Shown here piece after piece: positions 59,563 to 64,000 of a stretch of 64,000 nt of DNA. Source of the stretch: Selaginella moellendorffii (taxonomy: Eukaryota; Plantae; Lycopodiophyta). Position 1 is the first letter of the stretch, and each line of letters begins with the position of its first letter. The notes under the pieces are model-generated. The model was not told the origin of the DNA. It did no database searches and saw only the letters and a list, made by a program, of their open reading frames with translations. The DNA is taken from the NCBI RefSeq assembly GCF_000143415.4, contig NW_003314267.1:1438100-1502099 (forward strand). The letters are read 5' to 3'. Position numbers and translations under genes: made by a program.

Positions 59563-60849
59563 ATGGCCTTCAGGGTTGGGGAAAAGGTTTACATTTTGAA
59601 TGGTGGGAAGAGAGTTGCAAAAGGGACCCTTGTGTTTATGGATCGGAACTTTGTTATACAATGTCAAAGGCTTGGGGAAGGCAATGCTGCTGTATCAGTA
59701 GAGACTGTCTTCAATGGGAATGTGGTCGCTATTGAACGAGGAGAGATGGTCGTCGGGGTAAATGTTGTTGTTGCCTTGAAAAATCTGCAGAAGAAAATAG
59801 ATGTTGGGGACAGCGCAAGTGCGACGCATGTTCCCTCCGTGGATCTTAAGAACCGTGCTACATGGATTCAGGCAAAGGTGTTTCTAAACAACCCCGAGGG
59901 GGAGGTGGTAGCTGAGGGCTTAGCCACAGTTGTCGATCCAAGAGATGCGGTTGCTAATCAAGAATTGGGCTGGGATGATATTGGAGTTGCGATTTTAGAG
60001 GTTGTTGACACAGAAGAAAACAGTCTGACTATTGGAAGCATTGTGCGGTGGAAATTGAGGCATTTAGTGTTTGAGAATGTGAAGGATTCACAATCAAACA
60101 CCACTACAACTGATGACAGAACATCTCTTCATGGGAAAAGAAAGTACACCTTCCTACAGCGCAGCCAAAGGGATCTGAGCAACGAACCGAAAAGGCAAAA
60201 AATGGCGATGGAGGTTCGAATGGTCTCGACAGTTGCTTGTTGCAAGAGGAGGTGCTGTCAACATGCTGATTGGGATGCTATTGAAGAGGAGAGAGCAAGA
60301 TACAAGACATTGTCCTGGAAGGCAGCTCGCAATTTTGTGTATGAGGCATTACGGTCATCTGTTGATGCTTCAGAACATCAGGTGGGGGGCATGGTCTTCC
60401 AGAGGGGTTTGGTCTGCATGAAGGCATGGAGAATCATTTATGGAGTCCCTCGAAGCACATTCTACAGAATCAAAACTGAGTTCGAGGAACAAAGGGTTCA
60501 ACAGGCAGTCCATGGGAACGACGGTACGCACAAAACCAGGGGTCATGTTGTATATGGAGAGGCAATCTTCAAGAGGTTTGTCGAGACATGTAGCGAGCAG
60601 CAACCACATAAAACCCGCCTCTTGGAAGATGGAACACGAGACACCCAACGAGTTCTCCCTTCCATGTATACCAAGGGGGCCATATTGGAAGATGTGAATC
60701 GGGAACTCTAGAGTAATAGCTACAGGAAGCTGAGCCAATCTAGATTTAGTAGATTGTGGAGCAACAGGTTCAGGGATGTGAGTATAGGAAAGTACTCCAG
60801 CTTTTCAAAGTGTGACGAGTGCACTGCTATCAAAATGGCTTTGTCGAAG
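59563..60849 (+). pseudogene. Transposase N-terminal half (two VAxG beta domains, CCKRRC, VCMKAWRIIYGV, HGN, FSKCDEC), stop at 60709
   Basis: Typical N-terminal motifs of GHTHEDxD-family transposases; ends abruptly at CTAIKMALSK. Confidence 0.8.
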
Positions 60850-63800
60850 AATTCTTATAACCCCGGGGGCATCCCCCACACTTGGCGGTGCACCCAAGCT
60901 AGCCCTTACGGCCAAGGGTTCATAGCAACTGAGATTAGGTGTCCCCATCTCACTCACCATGACCTTGGTGCCACTTGCACCAAAGCGTTCAAGTTAGATA
61001 TGCTGAGCTTTTACACTAAGCAATCTAACCGTGCATCACGACTCCGAGGCATCCCTCGCTTGGCGGTGTGCCCAAACCAGTCTCCCCACTGAGAGTCCAT
61101 GACCACCGAAATATGAGTGTCCTCATATTCCAAACCATCACCACGCCCTAGTGATTTGGGACTCGAACCCAAGCACTAGAGGGTCGGGACTCGAACCCAA
61201 CCTCCGTATATGCATCTACGGACGGCATCACACTAGATGCCTGGCGTGACTCCCCACGCCGGTGCACCAACCTATTTTTAAAGCGCGCTACAGATCACAG
61301 CTTAGGAACCTAGTTCCTCCACACTGCCAAGTCCTCTCACTTGACATGTCTATGATCATGCTTGGACTCCTCCATGCTCGGCCCCCTGGCCCACCCTTTT
61401 TGAAGATATCACCTTCAACTAGGGTCTTTGTTCCCCCGACGTGCCAATCTCACTTGGCAAGTCCTCCGACCATTGTAACATGGTTCCTGCATAAGCGTGA
61501 AAGTCCTTGACCATCGACTTTCATTCAAAGCCCTCTCTTTGAACACTCGGGAACTACTTCCCTAACCTTGATAACCTTGCCTCATGGCAAGCTTCAAGAC
61601 CACGCTTCTGCTGCGCCACTCTGATTTCGCGCGTTCCATGAACCATTTACACTTGGCCTTTCTAGGTACTACGCTACCTAGAATCGTCTTTGGGAACCTT
61701 GAAGGAACTCTGTCCCTCAGCTTGCTAAGGCCTACCCTTTCGCAAGCTTTATAGTTGCCATATAGTCTAACATGGACAATTCCATATTTTAGACTCTCCA
61801 TGGCATCACGGTTGCTAGCAACAACATCCTCGAGCACCCTCTTGATTCTCCACTCCCAACTTTCATAACCACTGTTGGATATGCCCTTTGATTTCTATGG
61901 TTTAGTTCCATCTCAACACTACTTGCCTTTGGCTTCACACCTTTCCTTCGGTCATTCTCCTCCAGACCAGGAGGATAGCTTTGCACTTTCTATCATGCCT
62001 TAGCAAGTATTCTTAGGGATGAACATACCCAATAGCCCAGGGAGTGGTTCCTCAATCCGGGTATGCTCAGCTTATAATCCCACACACTGGGGTTACATTG
62101 TTGCTTATGGGCCTTTACATGCCCATCACTAGCTTTGCCAAAATTCCATTTTTGGCTTTGTCTAACTTGGGTAGACAGTCCTCTCCTGTCTCCGCAACCT
62201 TGGACATTTGGATAGCACCTTCTATCCATCATTCACTAGGGACTTAGTCCCTTGGGCTTTATCCATTGCCCTCGCGACATCAAACACCACCTTCTGGTGT
62301 TCTAGAGTGTTCGGGTGTCCCAATGATGGCTTTCTTGACAATGAGTATTTCCTTTTATGACATTGACTTACTATATCGTAACATAAGCAACTTATCCCCC
62401 GTAAGGGTATATCCGACTTCCCTATACTAGAAGTCTTGGGTAGCTACCTTCTACCCGTTTAACCAGTTATTTTGCACCTCTTGCTTAGTTGCCTCATAGT
62501 TGTCAAGTCCTACAACTCATTGCTTGGTGCTTTCACACCTCCATCACTATCTGGGTCACCACACTCCAACTGCATGCTCTACAGCTTAGGCTATGCCATT
62601 CCCATTTCCATTGGGATTCCTTTGGCAAGGGGTTCTCATGAACCCACCAACATAGCCTCAAGGTATCACACCTTGGCACATTTGGTGTCTCCACACCATC
62701 GGCTCCACGAGCCTACCTCTATGACATTTCCCTTTGTGTCTAAGTCTTTGCCAAGACCAACACCGCTCTTTCTCATGCCAACTATCTGTTAGCACTGCCC
62801 CATAGAGGTCACACACAACTTTATGTCAAAGTTGTTTTCTTCTGGGAACACCTTTCCCATAACTTTAGCATGGCACATTTTGCCATCGATGAGATACTCT
62901 CTGTTCTCATCCTTGGATCTTATGATCCCCCCCCATCCTTTGTGGGGTACAACACACCTCAGTCCAAATGCTTCCATCAGTCCTTTTAGGACCATCCGTT
63001 GACTCTACTTGAGTCATCCAGCAGTTTTGGACTTCGTTAATCCGCAGACCCGTAAGGTCCTATTTGTGAGGCACTAGCTCACTGGAATACACTTCTTGCA
63101 TTCCTGTCCTACTCAAAAGGACTATTTTCACAAGTGTTGCTCCGACACTTGATTTTGTTCTCTGGGGGCAATTTTTGCCCCTTAAGACTACTTGTCCATG
63201 TGATGAGAATACCACTCATCTCTAAGTACACCCCCCAACTCCTTGGGTTGTTCCAGCATTTATTAAAGGTAGCCCCGGCTACCATTTCAAGGACTTGAGT
63301 CCTTTTCCGTATTTGACCTTCCACGGTCATTACCTTTGGTCTCACATTCATGAGCACCAACCTCAACTATATGAGGATAATCTTGTGACTCCTTTATTGT
63401 TTTGGAGTCTCTATCTTTCCCGTGATCCCAACTTTAGTTGTTTACCACAACAACCTTAGCCAATTTGCTGAGACAAATGCTCATCCGGATCACATCCTCA
63501 ACTCAATGAGGAAAACCTTGCACTGTTCCCAAGATCCCAAAGTCGTTCCATTATTGGCCCTTTTCTATCCACCACCTCGTCTACAAGTTCACACATGAAC
63601 TGTAATGGAGAGCCATGTCTTCCCGACTTGCTACTCCTCAAGGATAGGCCCACTCCTCGGACTTTCCGATGCCAACACTAGTGGTGATATACTTGAGCAC
63701 CAATAAAAGTTGGACTAAGGAACAGCTCCGATACCAAATTGTAAGCGACTAAATTTTCCATTTTACTTTAGTCACTTAACCACACCTCTGACCACTTTGA

Positions 63801-64000
63801 GGAGTCTCATTCACAACCTCCATCAATCCAATTCAGGACTTGGGACTTGCTAGCCCCAAGAATGGCATCCATGCCACTCAACACTTGCACCTGGTCCAAG
63901 TGCTCCACGTGTCCGGTCCCAAGACCGACACCCAAAGGTACCATTGACATCTCGGCCCGTTACGCTAAGGCCATGCCCATTCACCTTTGCTGCACTAGTG
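60850..64000 (-). mobile_element. LTR family A 5' LTR (63739 to edge) + tRNA-iMet PBS + non-coding/decayed internal region
   Basis: TGGTATCGGAGC on the minus strand at about 63724-63735; the LTR is the reverse complement of about 36010-36269. Confidence 0.8.

Larger units (their letters stand above)
51127..60849 (+). mobile_element. Sola-like TIR DNA transposon, 5' part (TIR at 51127-51150) with cargo gene and transposase N-half
   Basis: Same 24-bp TIR as at 30703, preceded by TCTT (reverse complement of TSD AAGA). Confidence 0.8.

Overview
Eukaryotic plant genomic DNA with very short introns and tight gene spacing. The style suggests a lycophyte such as Selaginella, but that is inference. 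Three zones: (1) 1-10 kb holds an inverted-duplicated cluster of lineage-specific or degenerate genes. It includes a chimeric gene joining sirtuin (SRT2-like) fragments to a divergent proteasome beta5-like Ntn-hydrolase domain, and a bacterial-type CPBP/CAAX protease pseudogene. (2) 10-26 kb is a dense gene block: thioredoxin h, a TPT/UUAT-like nucleotide-sugar transporter, cystathionine gamma-synthase with its MTO1 region, plastid GrpE, a SUT2-like sucrose transporter, a MIF-like protein, Whirly, and an intronless tandem kinase of architecture [helical bundle-kinase]-[helical bundle-pseudokinase]-[Ig/PH-like]. (3) 26-64 kb is a nested transposon island: non-autonomous LTR elements, a chromovirus, a TRIM, a 5S-bearing Cassandra-like solo LTR, a foldback element, and a ~12 kb TIR DNA transposon (Sola-like DDE, 4-bp TSD). 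This transposon carries a multi-exon cargo gene (ParB-like, degenerate MTase-like and FCP1-type HAD segments) and about 20 copies of a 22-bp palindrome. It is split in two by a ~27.7 kb inversion (about 33177-60849) that can be reconstructed from TIRs, TSDs and split LTR ends.
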